This document shows, piece by piece, positions 54,486-63,415 of a DNA stretch of 64,000 nucleotides. Location of the stretch: assembly GCA_964532495.1 (NCBI GenBank), contig CAZHJZ010000003.1, forward strand, positions 3,658 to 67,657. Reading direction: 5' to 3'. Below the pieces are notes generated by a model. That model made no database searches. It was not told the DNA's origin and saw only the letters and a program-made list of their open reading frames with translations. A program made the translations under genes and the position numbers. This DNA is from an uncultured Candidatus Saccharibacteria bacterium. Its GTDB lineage: Bacteria > Patescibacteriota > Minisyncoccia > Phycocordibacterales > UBA9973. Position 1 is the stretch's first letter, and each line of letters opens with the position of its first letter.

Positions 54486-54608
54486 AACATAAAAACAAAT
54501 AGCACCTTCTAAAAGGGACGCCATAAAACTTTGCTAAGTTTTTGGCTCGTTCTCGCGCCGGCGCGCTCCGAAAGCCCTTTTAGAAGGTGCTATTTGTTTT
54601 TATGTTTT
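54484..54608. repeat. 34-bp perfect inverted repeat (aaaacataaaaacaaatagcaccttctaaaaggg ... cccttttagaaggtgctatttgtttttatgtttt) with 57-nt spacer containing palindrome cgcgccggcgcg; overlaps the stop codons of both convergent genes
   Basis: Seen directly. Probably a bidirectional terminator, but unusually long and perfect. Confidence 0.6.
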
Positions 54609-56138
54609 AGGTCGGTACTGGAGCGCTTCTAACACATGTGCTACTTCGATATCTTTTTTCCCTCCAAGGTCTGCGATAGTTCGAGCGAGCTTGATTACTC
54701 TGTGATATGCACGACCAGATAGCTGCAGCTTGCGCGCACTTTCCTCTAGAATTTTTTTAACTTCTTTGTTAAGGGTAATATAGGTCGCAAGATCTTTGGC
54801 ATGCATATCGGCATTTATTTGTATGTTGCGTGGATGAGATTGTAAACGCTTGGCTGCAAGCATTCGCGCATCCTGTACTCGTTGTTGTATTGTTGCACTG
54901 CTATCGCCTTCGTCTTTTGTGTCGATCAGTTTTTGATATTCTATTGGCGCTACGCTTATCCAGATATCGATACGATCGAGAATGGGGCCTGAGAGTCTCC
55001 GGTTGTATCTTGCGAGATCAGCGTTGGTGCAGATGCATGCGCGGATTTTTGATCCTTTATATCCGCATGGGCACGGATTCATTGCAGCAACCAAAATAAA
55101 GTTCGATGGAAATTGAGCTGAGCCACGAGCACGAGAGATGGCTATCATGTTATCTTCAAGCGGCTGGCGAAGCGACTCGACCACACGCTTTTCGAATTCC
55201 GGAAATTCATCAAGAAATAATACTCCTTTATGAGCGAGCGTAATTTCTCCAGGCCGCGGTGTTGTTCCGCCGCCGATGATGGAAACATATGACGCTGTAT
55301 GATGCGGAGCACGAAGCGGCGGATGCGTAACTAATGCTCCGTCGAGATTCCCTGCGATGGAATGGATGCGCGTGACTTCAAGAATCTCTGGCAAGCTGAG
55401 CGCGGGCAAGAGTGAAATAAATGCGCGAGCGAGCATCGTCTTGCCAGTTCCCGGCGGACCCGACATTGCGATATTGTGCCCGCCGGCTGCTGCGATCTCT
55501 AGTCCACGCTTTGCCGTTTCTTGTCCGCGGATTTCTTTCATGTCAGTGGCGTGCTGTTTTGGTAAAAGCGCGATCTCTGTTTTTGGTGTTGGTTTGATGA
55601 GGTGCGGACCTGCTGTCGTAGAAGTAACATGATCGATCACTTCCCGGAGCGTTGTTGCTGCATAGACAGTCAATCCTTCTACGAGTGCTGCTTCTGGAGC
55701 ATTTACTGCTGGGACGAATAATTCTGTCATGCCGCCGTGGCGCGCTGCTTCAGCGAGCGCTAATGTTCCCTTAATAGGTAAAATGTCTCCTGAAAGCGTG
55801 AGCTCTCCGAGAAACAATTTTGCGTGAGGATCAAACTCGATTGCTTCTGCGGCAAGCAAATAGCCCAGTGCCATTGCAAGATCAAAGCACGAACCCTCTT
55901 TTTTAATATCTGCGGGCGAAAGAGAAATTACAATCTTGTGGTTTTTTGATTTTGGAGAATCGAGTCCGCTGTTCTTGATCGCAGAACTGATACGGTCTTT
56001 GGCTTCTGCTACCGCTTTGTCTGGCAGGCCAACGACGGAAAAGGAATGCAATCCGCGCGAGAGATCTACTTCGACGCTTACAAGTTTCCCCTCAAGTAAA
56101 TATGGCTGGGCGCTATTGATGCGGGCGTATGACATCAT
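54600..56138 (-). CDS. comM: YifB/ComM-family Mg-chelatase-like AAA+ ATPase (competence protein ComM)
   Basis: Lon-like N-domain; Walker A MSGPPGTGKTMLARA; Walker B VLFLDEFPEF; arginine finger and C-terminal ChlI-like domain. Confidence 0.88.
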   Translation of the reverse strand: MMSYARINSAQPYLLEGKLVSVEVDLSRGLHSFSVVGLPDKAVAEAKDRISSAIKNSGLDSPKSKNHKIVISLSPADIKKEGSCFDLAMALGYLLAAEAIEFDPHAKLFLGELTLSGDILPIKGTLALAEAARHGGMTELFVPAVNAPEAALVEGLTVYAATTLREVIDHVTSTTAGPHLIKPTPKTEIALLPKQHATDMKEIRGQETAKRGLEIAAAGGHNIAMSGPPGTGKTMLARAFISLLPALSLPEILEVTRIHSIAGNLDGALVTHPPLRAPHHTASYVSIIGGGTTPRPGEITLAHKGVLFLDEFPEFEKRVVESLRQPLEDNMIAISRARGSAQFPSNFILVAAMNPCPCGYKGSKIRACICTNADLARYNRRLSGPILDRIDIWISVAPIEYQKLIDTKDEGDSSATIQQRVQDARMLAAKRLQSHPRNIQINADMHAKDLATYITLNKEVKKILEESARKLQLSGRAYHRVIKLARTIADLGGKKDIEVAHVLEALQYRPKT

Positions 56139-56179
56139 GAAACAGTACCAAGACGAGATGAAGTAAAAATAAATAAAAA

Positions 56180-56201
56180 ATCGCCCATAGCGGGCGATTT
56201 T
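56180..56201. terminator. terminator aaaaaatcgccc-ata-gcgggcgatttttta
   Basis: 7-bp GC stem with A/T flanks, downstream of the 56213..56572 gene. Confidence 0.6.
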
Positions 56202-56212
56202 TTATTTTTAGA

Positions 56213-56572
56213 TTATTGGTTTGCGAATTCGATTTTTGTTCGAGCTGCTGGGTTCGCCTTGAGTCGATCGAGGTCGATTTCTTCTCCTGAAACTTCGCAT
56301 ATGCCGTATTTGCCTGCTGTTATCTTGTCGAGAGCGTCGTTGACATCCTTGAGTCGCTTTTCGAGCGTATTCATTGTAGCGGTGCGCTCTTCATATCCTT
56401 GGAAACGGTCAGCCATATCGTTTTCGTCCGAGTCTTCCCCAGTATCAATTGGGGGAGGAACTGCTTCCCAGTCCTTATCTGCAGGATTCATGATGCCCAA
56501 GTTTCCCAGTTCATCCATGAGGACCTTCTTTTCTGCTTCGAGCATTGATTTGAATTCTTGTGTGTCTTTCAT
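56213..56572 (-). CDS. DksA/TraR-family (YteA-like) protein
   Basis: N-terminal coiled-coil; C-terminal ...ALDKITAGKYGICEVSGEEIDLDRLKANPAARTKIE resembles the DksA/TraR zinc-finger region, though most Cys are replaced. Confidence 0.45.
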   Translation of the reverse strand: MKDTQEFKSMLEAEKKVLMDELGNLGIMNPADKDWEAVPPPIDTGEDSDENDMADRFQGYEERTATMNTLEKRLKDVNDALDKITAGKYGICEVSGEEIDLDRLKANPAARTKIEFANQ

Positions 56573-56595
56573 GTGCCTAATGGTAGCATGTTCTT

Positions 56596-57558
56596 TTAAT
56601 GGCGCAAGGTATTGCTTGTCAGGCGGTTGAGAACCTCTTCGAGGGTCTGTTCCTTGTCAGAAATGATAAGCGTTGACTTATCTTCCCCTACAAACGTATA
56701 AAAGAGTACGACATCTCCTTTTTCGTTCATAAGTGCACGAGCATCTTGGTTCTTAATCGTCTTGTCTTTAAATTGAGCGGCAAATAATCCAGCGTTGTCT
56801 CCCGTGGTTTGAATTCCGAATATAGAATAGACCTCGTCAAACATATGCTGTTCCCATTCAAGCATGCCCGCAAGCGCTGTCGTATATGAATTTGTCTTAA
56901 AGGCGATGAATAATCCGTTGCCATTATAAGCATGCACTCCAATAGTGAATGTTGAATCAAACGAACGAGCGAGCTGGGATGGAATGGTAGATTCTATTGC
57001 GGTGAAGAATTCTTGGCTAGTGAGCACATGCTGCGCATTAGTTCCTGTTTCTTGTATGAATGGAAGGATGCGCTGGATTGTATTTAGAGTAGGAGTTGCG
57101 TTCAAATACTGACGGCCTATCTCGTCTTTAATATTGTCTCGCGTTAGCCCCGTGATATTCAATGCGTTTACTGAATCAATCTTGATGACTGTCGCAAGTC
57201 CAGCAGGAGTCTGAGTAATAGGAACTACTTTTGGAATGCGGCTGTAGAATGCGTAAAACACAACTCCAAGTGCGACAGCAAGAAGTATGATACCCGCTAT
57301 GATGTAAATCATATTTTTCCTAGATGCTGGATCTACGTTTTCTACTTCACGCTCTTTGCGTTCGTTTTCCGCCATAGCGATTTTGACGAGTGAAGCTTCG
57401 CCTGATTTGATAGTGTCGGCGAGATCGCTTTGAAATGTGCGAAGGGAGTGAGGGTTTGCGTTTTTGCCAGAGAGGCCGAGCGGCGCGCGCGAAGCGCGCG
57501 CCGCTTCATCGCCGCCTACACTACCGTCTTTATTTGGCATGCCTTCAAATCCTTCCAT
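56596..57558 (-). CDS. membrane-anchored hypothetical protein (320 aa)
   Basis: Single TM helix (IIAGIILLAVALGVVFYAF) after a charged N-terminal region. 23-nt gap to the DksA-like gene. Confidence 0.5.
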   Translation of the reverse strand: MEGFEGMPNKDGSVGGDEAARASRAPLGLSGKNANPHSLRTFQSDLADTIKSGEASLVKIAMAENERKEREVENVDPASRKNMIYIIAGIILLAVALGVVFYAFYSRIPKVVPITQTPAGLATVIKIDSVNALNITGLTRDNIKDEIGRQYLNATPTLNTIQRILPFIQETGTNAQHVLTSQEFFTAIESTIPSQLARSFDSTFTIGVHAYNGNGLFIAFKTNSYTTALAGMLEWEQHMFDEVYSIFGIQTTGDNAGLFAAQFKDKTIKNQDARALMNEKGDVVLFYTFVGEDKSTLIISDKEQTLEEVLNRLTSNTLRH

Positions 57559-57601
57559 ATTCGTACATCATACTCTATTTCGCGTCTTCAGAAAACTTAT
57601 A

Positions 57602-57638
57602 AAAAATACCCCAGTATAAACCTGGGGTATTTTTTAGT
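57602..57638. terminator. bidirectional terminator aaaaaataccccag-tataaac-ctggggtattttttag after pnp
   Basis: 8-bp stem flanked by A6/T6. Confidence 0.65.
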
Positions 57639-57645
57639 TCTACTA

Positions 57646-59829
57646 TTATTGCGCGCTTGGAGCAGGAGCTTGTGGTGCAGGTGGGGTCGGAGGTGTCGGC
57701 GGCTTGATGAAGTTTGGATTTGCTTCTTTGATCGAAAGCGAGATGCGTTCCTTTTCACGATCTACCGCAGTCACCTTCACTGGAACTTTCATTCCCTCTT
57801 TGAGGAAGTCGGTAACTCGAGCAACGCGGAACGGTGCGATTTCAGAAATGTGGACGAGACCGTCAGCAAATTCTGAAATTTTGACAATTGCTCCGATTTC
57901 AAGAATCTTCACAACTGTTCCTTCGGTCACGTCACCTACATTCCATAGTTTTGTCATTTCCTGGATGATCACGAGAGCTGCATCAGCTGCTCCGTTCTTG
58001 CCAGTGACAAATACTGTTCCGTCATCTTCGATAGTGATTTCTGCGCCTGTCTTGTCTCGAATCGCTTTGATCGTCTTACCGCCTGAGCCGATGACGAGAC
58101 CGATCTGGCTGACTTCAACTTTCGTAACCAAAATCTTCGGAGCGTTTGGAGAAATGTCTGGACGAGCTTTTGGAATTTCCGCTTCAATGACATCGAGGAT
58201 TTGCATGCGAGCTTCGCGTGCTTGAGTAAGTGCTTCCTTCAATGCTTTCACTGGTACACCACCGACTTTGATATCGAGCTGAATTGCAGTGACACCGTTT
58301 CGTGTTCCAGCAACTTTGAAGTCCATGTCACCGTAGTGATCTTCAGGTCCCTGGATGTCGGTAAGGATTTTGTATTCAGATGGATTTTCAAGATTCAGGA
58401 TAAGTCCCATGGCGATACCAGCAACTGGACGCTTGATCGGTACTCCACCATCCATGAGAGCGATCGATGACGCGCAGATAGATGCTTGTGAAGTTGAACC
58501 GTTTGATGCGGTTGATTCTGAAACAACGCGGATTGTGTAAGGGAAATCCATTTTTTCTGGGATGACTGGAGTGAGCGCTTTTTCAGCGAGCATTCCATGA
58601 CCCATTTCTCGGCGATTCATTCCGCCAACGCGTCCCGTTTCACCGGCAGAATATGGAGGGAAATTGTAATGGTGCATGAAACGCTTTGTTCCGCGGACTT
58701 CCATTCCTTCGATGACGAGAGCAGTCTCAGGCCCGCCAAGAGTGAGTACTGAGAGAACATGTGTCTGTCCTCGGTAGAAGATTCCTGTTCCGTGTAACAC
58801 TGAAGATATGCCGCCAGCTTTTGCGTAGAGTCCACGAACCTGATTCATCGCGCGTCCATCAGCACGGCGATTTTCCTTCAGAGCTTTTTCGTGCACGAGA
58901 TCATCGAGGGCTGCTTCCAAATAATCTTTTGAGTGTGAAACAAGTTCTTCATTGTCTGGAAACTTTTCGGCGACGATAGTATTCCATTCGTGTTCAAGCT
59001 CAAGGAATTTTGTTTTTCCAAGTGTTGGGTCGTCTCCTTCTTTCAAAAAGATAGCGTCAGTTTTTGTTCCAACAGTTGCCTTAAAGAGATCGCTGACTTC
59101 AGCAGGCACTTCAGGTTTTGGGAATTCCAATTTCTTTTTGCCGAGCTCAGCAATGATTCCTTTCTGCCAATTTTCGATTTCAGCAATGTGCTTCATTGCG
59201 AAGTCGATGTAGTTTCCAACAGCTTCTTCTGTATCTTCGTATGCCATCGCTTCGATCATGACAACATTGCCATCTTTTCCGCAGACAGTGAGATCGAGTT
59301 CGTAATTTGTCTCGCCAGTGTTTGCAACGAATGGATCATAGACAACTTCAGTAGTTCCCTTCGCGCGACCAACATGCGCTGCACCAACTGGTCCAGCCCA
59401 TGGAATATCAGAAACTCCGAGAGCCAATGATGAAGCGTTGATTGCTAAAACACCAGGATCGCATTTACCAACTGAGAGAACAGTGACAATTACCTGTACT
59501 GCATTTTTGATATGGTGTGAGAACAACGGTCGGATAGTTCGATCGATGATGCGTGATGAAAGCACCGCTTCGTCAGATGGACGACCTTCGCGCTTGTTGT
59601 ACTGACCGCCGAGGATCAAACCAGAAGCGTAAAACTTTTCCATGTATTCGACAGTGAGGTTAAAGAACCCGCGGTTCTCTTTTCCATCCTTTGAAATCAC
59701 GACGTTCGCAAAAACAACAGTGTCTTCGCACTTGAGCATGACCGAGCCATTGGCCTGGTCTGCCAAATCAGAAAACACGGCAGTCATGACTTTGCCGCCG
59801 ACAGTAAGTGTAAATTCCTTGCTATGCAT
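57646..59829 (-). CDS. pnp: polyribonucleotide nucleotidyltransferase (PNPase) with Pro-rich C-terminal tail
   Basis: Two RNase PH domains, KH (GKTIKAIRDKTGAEITIEDDG) and S1 (VGDVTEGTVVKILEIGAIVKI) domains. Tail KPPTPPTPPAPQAPAPSAQ. Confidence 0.95.
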   Translation of the reverse strand: MHSKEFTLTVGGKVMTAVFSDLADQANGSVMLKCEDTVVFANVVISKDGKENRGFFNLTVEYMEKFYASGLILGGQYNKREGRPSDEAVLSSRIIDRTIRPLFSHHIKNAVQVIVTVLSVGKCDPGVLAINASSLALGVSDIPWAGPVGAAHVGRAKGTTEVVYDPFVANTGETNYELDLTVCGKDGNVVMIEAMAYEDTEEAVGNYIDFAMKHIAEIENWQKGIIAELGKKKLEFPKPEVPAEVSDLFKATVGTKTDAIFLKEGDDPTLGKTKFLELEHEWNTIVAEKFPDNEELVSHSKDYLEAALDDLVHEKALKENRRADGRAMNQVRGLYAKAGGISSVLHGTGIFYRGQTHVLSVLTLGGPETALVIEGMEVRGTKRFMHHYNFPPYSAGETGRVGGMNRREMGHGMLAEKALTPVIPEKMDFPYTIRVVSESTASNGSTSQASICASSIALMDGGVPIKRPVAGIAMGLILNLENPSEYKILTDIQGPEDHYGDMDFKVAGTRNGVTAIQLDIKVGGVPVKALKEALTQAREARMQILDVIEAEIPKARPDISPNAPKILVTKVEVSQIGLVIGSGGKTIKAIRDKTGAEITIEDDGTVFVTGKNGAADAALVIIQEMTKLWNVGDVTEGTVVKILEIGAIVKISEFADGLVHISEIAPFRVARVTDFLKEGMKVPVKVTAVDREKERISLSIKEANPNFIKPPTPPTPPAPQAPAPSAQ

Positions 59830-60005
59830 ATATATGTACGTGAGTCCCCAGACTTTAGTATTGAAACCGTTGTTTCACTACTACCTGTCCGGGGGCTGTA
59901 TTGCTAATTTGTAATATTCGTACTTTAGCATATCTTTTCTGGTTTGACATTATCTGCCTATATAGTACATTTACAAAAATACTTCACCCTATAAATTCTG
60001 AACAA

Positions 60006-60359
60006 ATGCAAGCACCTTCATTCAAACCGCCCAAAGGAGAATATCCTATTTTTGATTTATTATTAGAAGCAATGGGAAGAGATGACCAGGAAAGAACCCT
60101 CGGTTATATCTCCCTTTGGTATCTACACGCTTTTATTAAAGGATTAGTTATTGGCTCAGGATTAGCCTTTGACGATCCCCAACTAAAAGAACTTGTTGAA
60201 GAAGAAGTTAGCAACGCTCGCACAACTGGCAAATACAGCAAAAATGCTGCTTGCGTATACCCTTTTTCCACCCAACAAGTAACCTCAATTTTAGACACCG
60301 CCAAACAAAACAACTTACCTTTTTATAAGCCTCTACCTATACCGGAAGAGCAAAATTAG
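60006..60359 (+). CDS. hypothetical protein (117 aa)
   Basis: Internal Met of the track ORF 59901..60359, preceded by a TTGACA-N16-TACATT-like promoter. No recognisable family. Confidence 0.35.
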   Translation: MQAPSFKPPKGEYPIFDLLLEAMGRDDQERTLGYISLWYLHAFIKGLVIGSGLAFDDPQLKELVEEEVSNARTTGKYSKNAACVYPFSTQQVTSILDTAKQNNLPFYKPLPIPEEQN

Positions 60360-60485
60360 TTTGATAGCCACACTATTCCCACTCCACCGTATCGCCCTGT
60401 GCGATACCGATCTCAATAGTGCCTCTGGCTCATTCAACAAATCCCTCACTGCTTACAACAGGAGGGATTTTTTATTTGACGAAGT

Positions 60486-60983
60486 ATGCGATTTATAGTA
60501 TTGTCACAAAAAAAGCATTCTATGATAACCAGATACAGTACTACCAACTTTTTACAAACAACCGGAAATGCATATTTATGCCGGACTCCAGTTATTACTA
60601 ACGAAACTTACATACAGCTTTTCTTAACCCCCCTTTGCCTTTTTTGGCCCAGCCTTAAAAATTTCCAGAAGGACTTTGAGGAAGCCAGCAGACTTTCAAA
60701 CCCTGGAGATTATCCGAAATCATTCATTCTCGAATATAAAGGTCAACGCGGATCCCTGTTCATACTTCATGTGCCGCATGTTCCAATTGGAGAGCAGGAA
60801 AAAAGACAATTAGTAAGATACCTTACTGAGCAGCAATTGCTGCAGCTGAAAAAATTGAGCAGGTTTAAAACTGTAGTTGTAAACACAAAAGAATTTTTCC
60901 TGTGCGAATCCGATAAGGACAAATGGGAATGGTTTCAAATCTTTACTACCGTCCCCGTAAAATTCGTTCTGTGCTTAAAATAA
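60486..60983 (+). CDS. hypothetical protein (165 aa; alternative start at 60522)
   Basis: Track ORF. A terminator hairpin follows immediately. Confidence 0.35.
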   Translation: MRFIVLSQKKHSMITRYSTTNFLQTTGNAYLCRTPVITNETYIQLFLTPLCLFWPSLKNFQKDFEEASRLSNPGDYPKSFILEYKGQRGSLFILHVPHVPIGEQEKRQLVRYLTEQQLLQLKKLSRFKTVVVNTKEFFLCESDKDKWEWFQIFTTVPVKFVLCLK

Positions 60984-60993
60984 TATTGTTTAA

Positions 60994-61030
60994 CTTTTAT
61001 AAAAAACCCGAGAGCTACATAGCTTCTCGG
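60994..61030. terminator. bidirectional terminator aaaaaacccgagagct-acat-agcttctcgggtttcttttttt
   Basis: Perfect 10-bp stem with A/T flanks, between the convergent 60486..60983 and NYN genes. Confidence 0.65.
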
Positions 61031-61048
61031 GTTTCTTTTTTTGCCGGA

Positions 61049-61552
61049 CTATCTTCCCAGCAAATACTTCTTCGGATTCTCCGACATGTCGATAAAGTCG
61101 TCTACAACTTCCTTGAGTTTCATAGATGTGGATTTGCCGAATGAGATCACTTCTACTTGCGTCATTGTCTGAAGATATTGAACAAGCGGGATGAAGTCTC
61201 CGTCACCTGAAGCGAGGATGATAGCATCGAGTCGAGGCGCCATCTTGATAGCATCAACGGCCATGCCTACGTCCCAGTCTCCCTTTTTTGCTCCGCCGGC
61301 GAAGACCTGGAGGTCTTTGGTTTTTGTTTCAATGCCCATTTTAGTGAGCGCGTCGAAAAAGTTTTTCTCATCCCCTGCTTCTGAAGTAATAACATACGCG
61401 ATGGCGCGGACGAGCTTTCGTCCTGCTACTGCGTCTTTTAATATTTGCGCGAAATTCACGCGAGCCTTATATAAATTGCGGCCGCTGTGATAGAGATTTT
61501 GTGTGTCGATAAAAAGCGCGACACGCTGTTCCTTGTGTTTGATTGCTGACAT
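61049..61552 (-). CDS. NYN-domain (LabA-like, PIN-like) protein
   Basis: VALFIDTQNLYHS...DWDVGMAVDAIKMA...DAIILASGDGDFIPLVQYLQ pattern of the NYN/LabA family. Confidence 0.7.
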   Translation of the reverse strand: MSAIKHKEQRVALFIDTQNLYHSGRNLYKARVNFAQILKDAVAGRKLVRAIAYVITSEAGDEKNFFDALTKMGIETKTKDLQVFAGGAKKGDWDVGMAVDAIKMAPRLDAIILASGDGDFIPLVQYLQTMTQVEVISFGKSTSMKLKEVVDDFIDMSENPKKYLLGR

Positions 61553-61611
61553 AAAAAATAAAAATACTACTAATTAAAAATAAAACCTTCGCAAAAATAA
61601 CCACTATTCAA

Positions 61612-61675
61612 AAATTACGGTAAGCGGAGAGCGTACAAACTTTTACGAACTTGAGAGTAAAAGTTTCGTACCTTG
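61612..61675. repeat. copy B of the ~60-nt conserved hairpin element
   Basis: aagcggagagcGTACAAActtttacGAAcTTgAGAGtaaaagtTTCGTACCttgaagc. Stem positions differ from copy A in a base-pair-preserving way. Followed by two further hairpins (~61725-61775 and ~61778-61800). Confidence 0.5.
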
Positions 61676-61825
61676 AAGCTATCAAGTAACAAATATATAT
61701 TGAGCATATGATACCTGATGCCTGCGGAGGTATAAAATTTGTTCGTAAACTCACAAATTTTATACCGTCCTCCGGCGTCCCGTAACGGGAGTTTATTGGT
61801 ACTTGCCTTCATAAAGTCTAACACA

Positions 61826-61846
61826 AAATCCGCCGAAGCGGATTGT
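61826..61846 (-). terminator. rpsO terminator hairpin atccgc-cgaa-gcggat
   Basis: Stem-loop immediately after the rpsO stop, with a T-run on the minus strand. Confidence 0.55.
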
Positions 61847-61849
61847 ATG

Positions 61850-62113
61850 TTAGTCAACCTTTATTTTCTTGACGATAGCCTCGTGGCGAGCCTTGTTGGT
61901 TCGTTCGAGATATTTGAGATGTGTGCGTCGGTCTGCAACCATCTTGATCAAGCCTCGTCGTGAGTGATTGTCCTTCTTGTGCTTCTTGAGGTGAAGCGCC
62001 AGTTCTTCAATACGTGATGAGAGCATAGCTACCTGTACTTCTGGAGAACCAGTGTCGGTTGCGTGGATCTGACTTTTCTTGATAACTGACTGTTTTTTCT
62101 TTGTCTTTAACAT
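61850..62113 (-). CDS. rpsO: 30S ribosomal protein S15
   Basis: 87 aa ...IHATDTGSPEVQVAMLSSRIEELALHLKKHKKDNHSRRGLIKMVADRRTHLKYL... matches the conserved S15 sequence. Confidence 0.9.
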   Translation of the reverse strand: MLKTKKKQSVIKKSQIHATDTGSPEVQVAMLSSRIEELALHLKKHKKDNHSRRGLIKMVADRRTHLKYLERTNKARHEAIVKKIKVD

Positions 62114-62288
62114 AAGTATATATAAATTAGCTTGCGAAGGCTGTATTCATATGATAACACACTTCAAATAAAATTGCAATACCCTGCCTTTAGAGAGGTG
62201 TCAAGGAGGCTTAGTGATAAGATTGACATATGACATAAAATGTATTATAGTTTCTACCAAATATATTCATTCAGTAAACCCCATAGAA

Positions 62289-63332
62289 ATGAAAAACATA
62301 CTTTTTCTTCTTGTCGTTTTAATTAGCTCATCAGTTACTGCCCAAAAATATCAGCAAAATTTGAGCAAGTGGGATGAAAAGCGTCCTGTACGCAGCACTA
62401 CTAGACTTATAGTGCTTCACACAACTGAGGGTAATGATAAATCAGCACTTTCATGTGTGTGCAGGCAAGGAACATGCAATTATCTTGTTACTACGAATGG
62501 AACGATACATATTATTGTTCGTCATAATCGTATAGCAAAACACGCCGGCAGAAGCATGTGGGAAAATCGAACCAATGTTTCCAATTTTTCGATTGGCATA
62601 GAGGTTGTGGGTTACCACAACAAGCGCCCTACGGATCAGCAACTCGTTGCAATAAAGGCTCTGTTAACTAAGCTGCAGACTTTATATAAGTTATCCGATA
62701 AGGCAGTGGTTACTCATTCTATGATTGCATACGGTGCTCCTGATAAGTGGCATGCACGCAGCCATCGCGGCCGCAAGCGCTGCGCTATGTTATTTGCTAC
62801 ACGGGAAATACGGCAGAAACTTGGATTGTCGAATACTTTTTCGGCAGATCCCGATGTTCGTGCGGGACGCTTGGTGGATGCAGATCTTTATCTGAAAAAG
62901 ATTTTATACGGTGCCCAAGCCTACATAGAAAAAGAAGAAGAGTCTCCCCTTGTGGTAACTCCCCCGAAAGACGATACCGAAGAAGAAACATTCGAAGGTT
63001 TCCGCGAGATTGATTCAAAAGGGGTGTACTCAATAGCGGGTGATGAATATGACTCAGTCACTACCATCTACTTCTTTAAGGATGGAAGAGTGAGAACTGG
63101 TCACGACTTGCCTAACGATGAATTACGTACATTGCCCAAAGGTACGAAAGTGCTCGTGGGTTACGTTAATGGCGGCAAGATTACCAAAAGCCGTACCGCA
63201 TATAAAGTAGTTGGAAGAGCATGGGATTACCCTTCGACATATTATCGCTTCCCTGATGGCAGCGTTCATACCGGCGAAGAAGTTAATGGTAATCTCTTGC
63301 CAATAGGAACAATAGTATTGTTTAGAAAATAA
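62289..63332 (+). CDS. N-acetylmuramoyl-L-alanine amidase (amidase_2/PGRP fold) with signal peptide and C-terminal repeat domain
   Basis: MKNILFLLVVLISSSVTAQ; amidase_2 motifs (IVLHTTEG, CNYLVTTNGTIHIIV, SIGIEVVGYHN, AVVTHSMIAY); C-terminal tandem ~45-aa repeats (Y..DG.VRTG..L.....LPKGTKVLVGY / YRFPDGSVHTGEEVNGNLLPIGTIVLF). Confidence 0.8.
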   Translation: MKNILFLLVVLISSSVTAQKYQQNLSKWDEKRPVRSTTRLIVLHTTEGNDKSALSCVCRQGTCNYLVTTNGTIHIIVRHNRIAKHAGRSMWENRTNVSNFSIGIEVVGYHNKRPTDQQLVAIKALLTKLQTLYKLSDKAVVTHSMIAYGAPDKWHARSHRGRKRCAMLFATREIRQKLGLSNTFSADPDVRAGRLVDADLYLKKILYGAQAYIEKEEESPLVVTPPKDDTEEETFEGFREIDSKGVYSIAGDEYDSVTTIYFFKDGRVRTGHDLPNDELRTLPKGTKVLVGYVNGGKITKSRTAYKVVGRAWDYPSTYYRFPDGSVHTGEEVNGNLLPIGTIVLFRK

Positions 63333-63340
63333 GTATTTAT

Positions 63341-63377
63341 GAATTTAAAGCGCTCGGGTAACAACCGGGCGCTCTTT
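63341..63377 (+). terminator. hairpin gcgctcggg-taacaa-ccgggcgc + ctctttt after the amidase gene
   Basis: Stem-loop followed by a T-rich run. Confidence 0.5.
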
Positions 63378-63415
63378 TATTGTGCGACATCGAACTTCTG
63401 CGATATACTTGAACT

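Noticed and set aside
61615-61857. 80-aa minus-strand ORF between the NYN gene and rpsO
   Set aside because: It covers the rpsO terminator and the conserved hairpin element. It has no coding-like composition or motifs, so the region is better explained as structured non-coding sequence.
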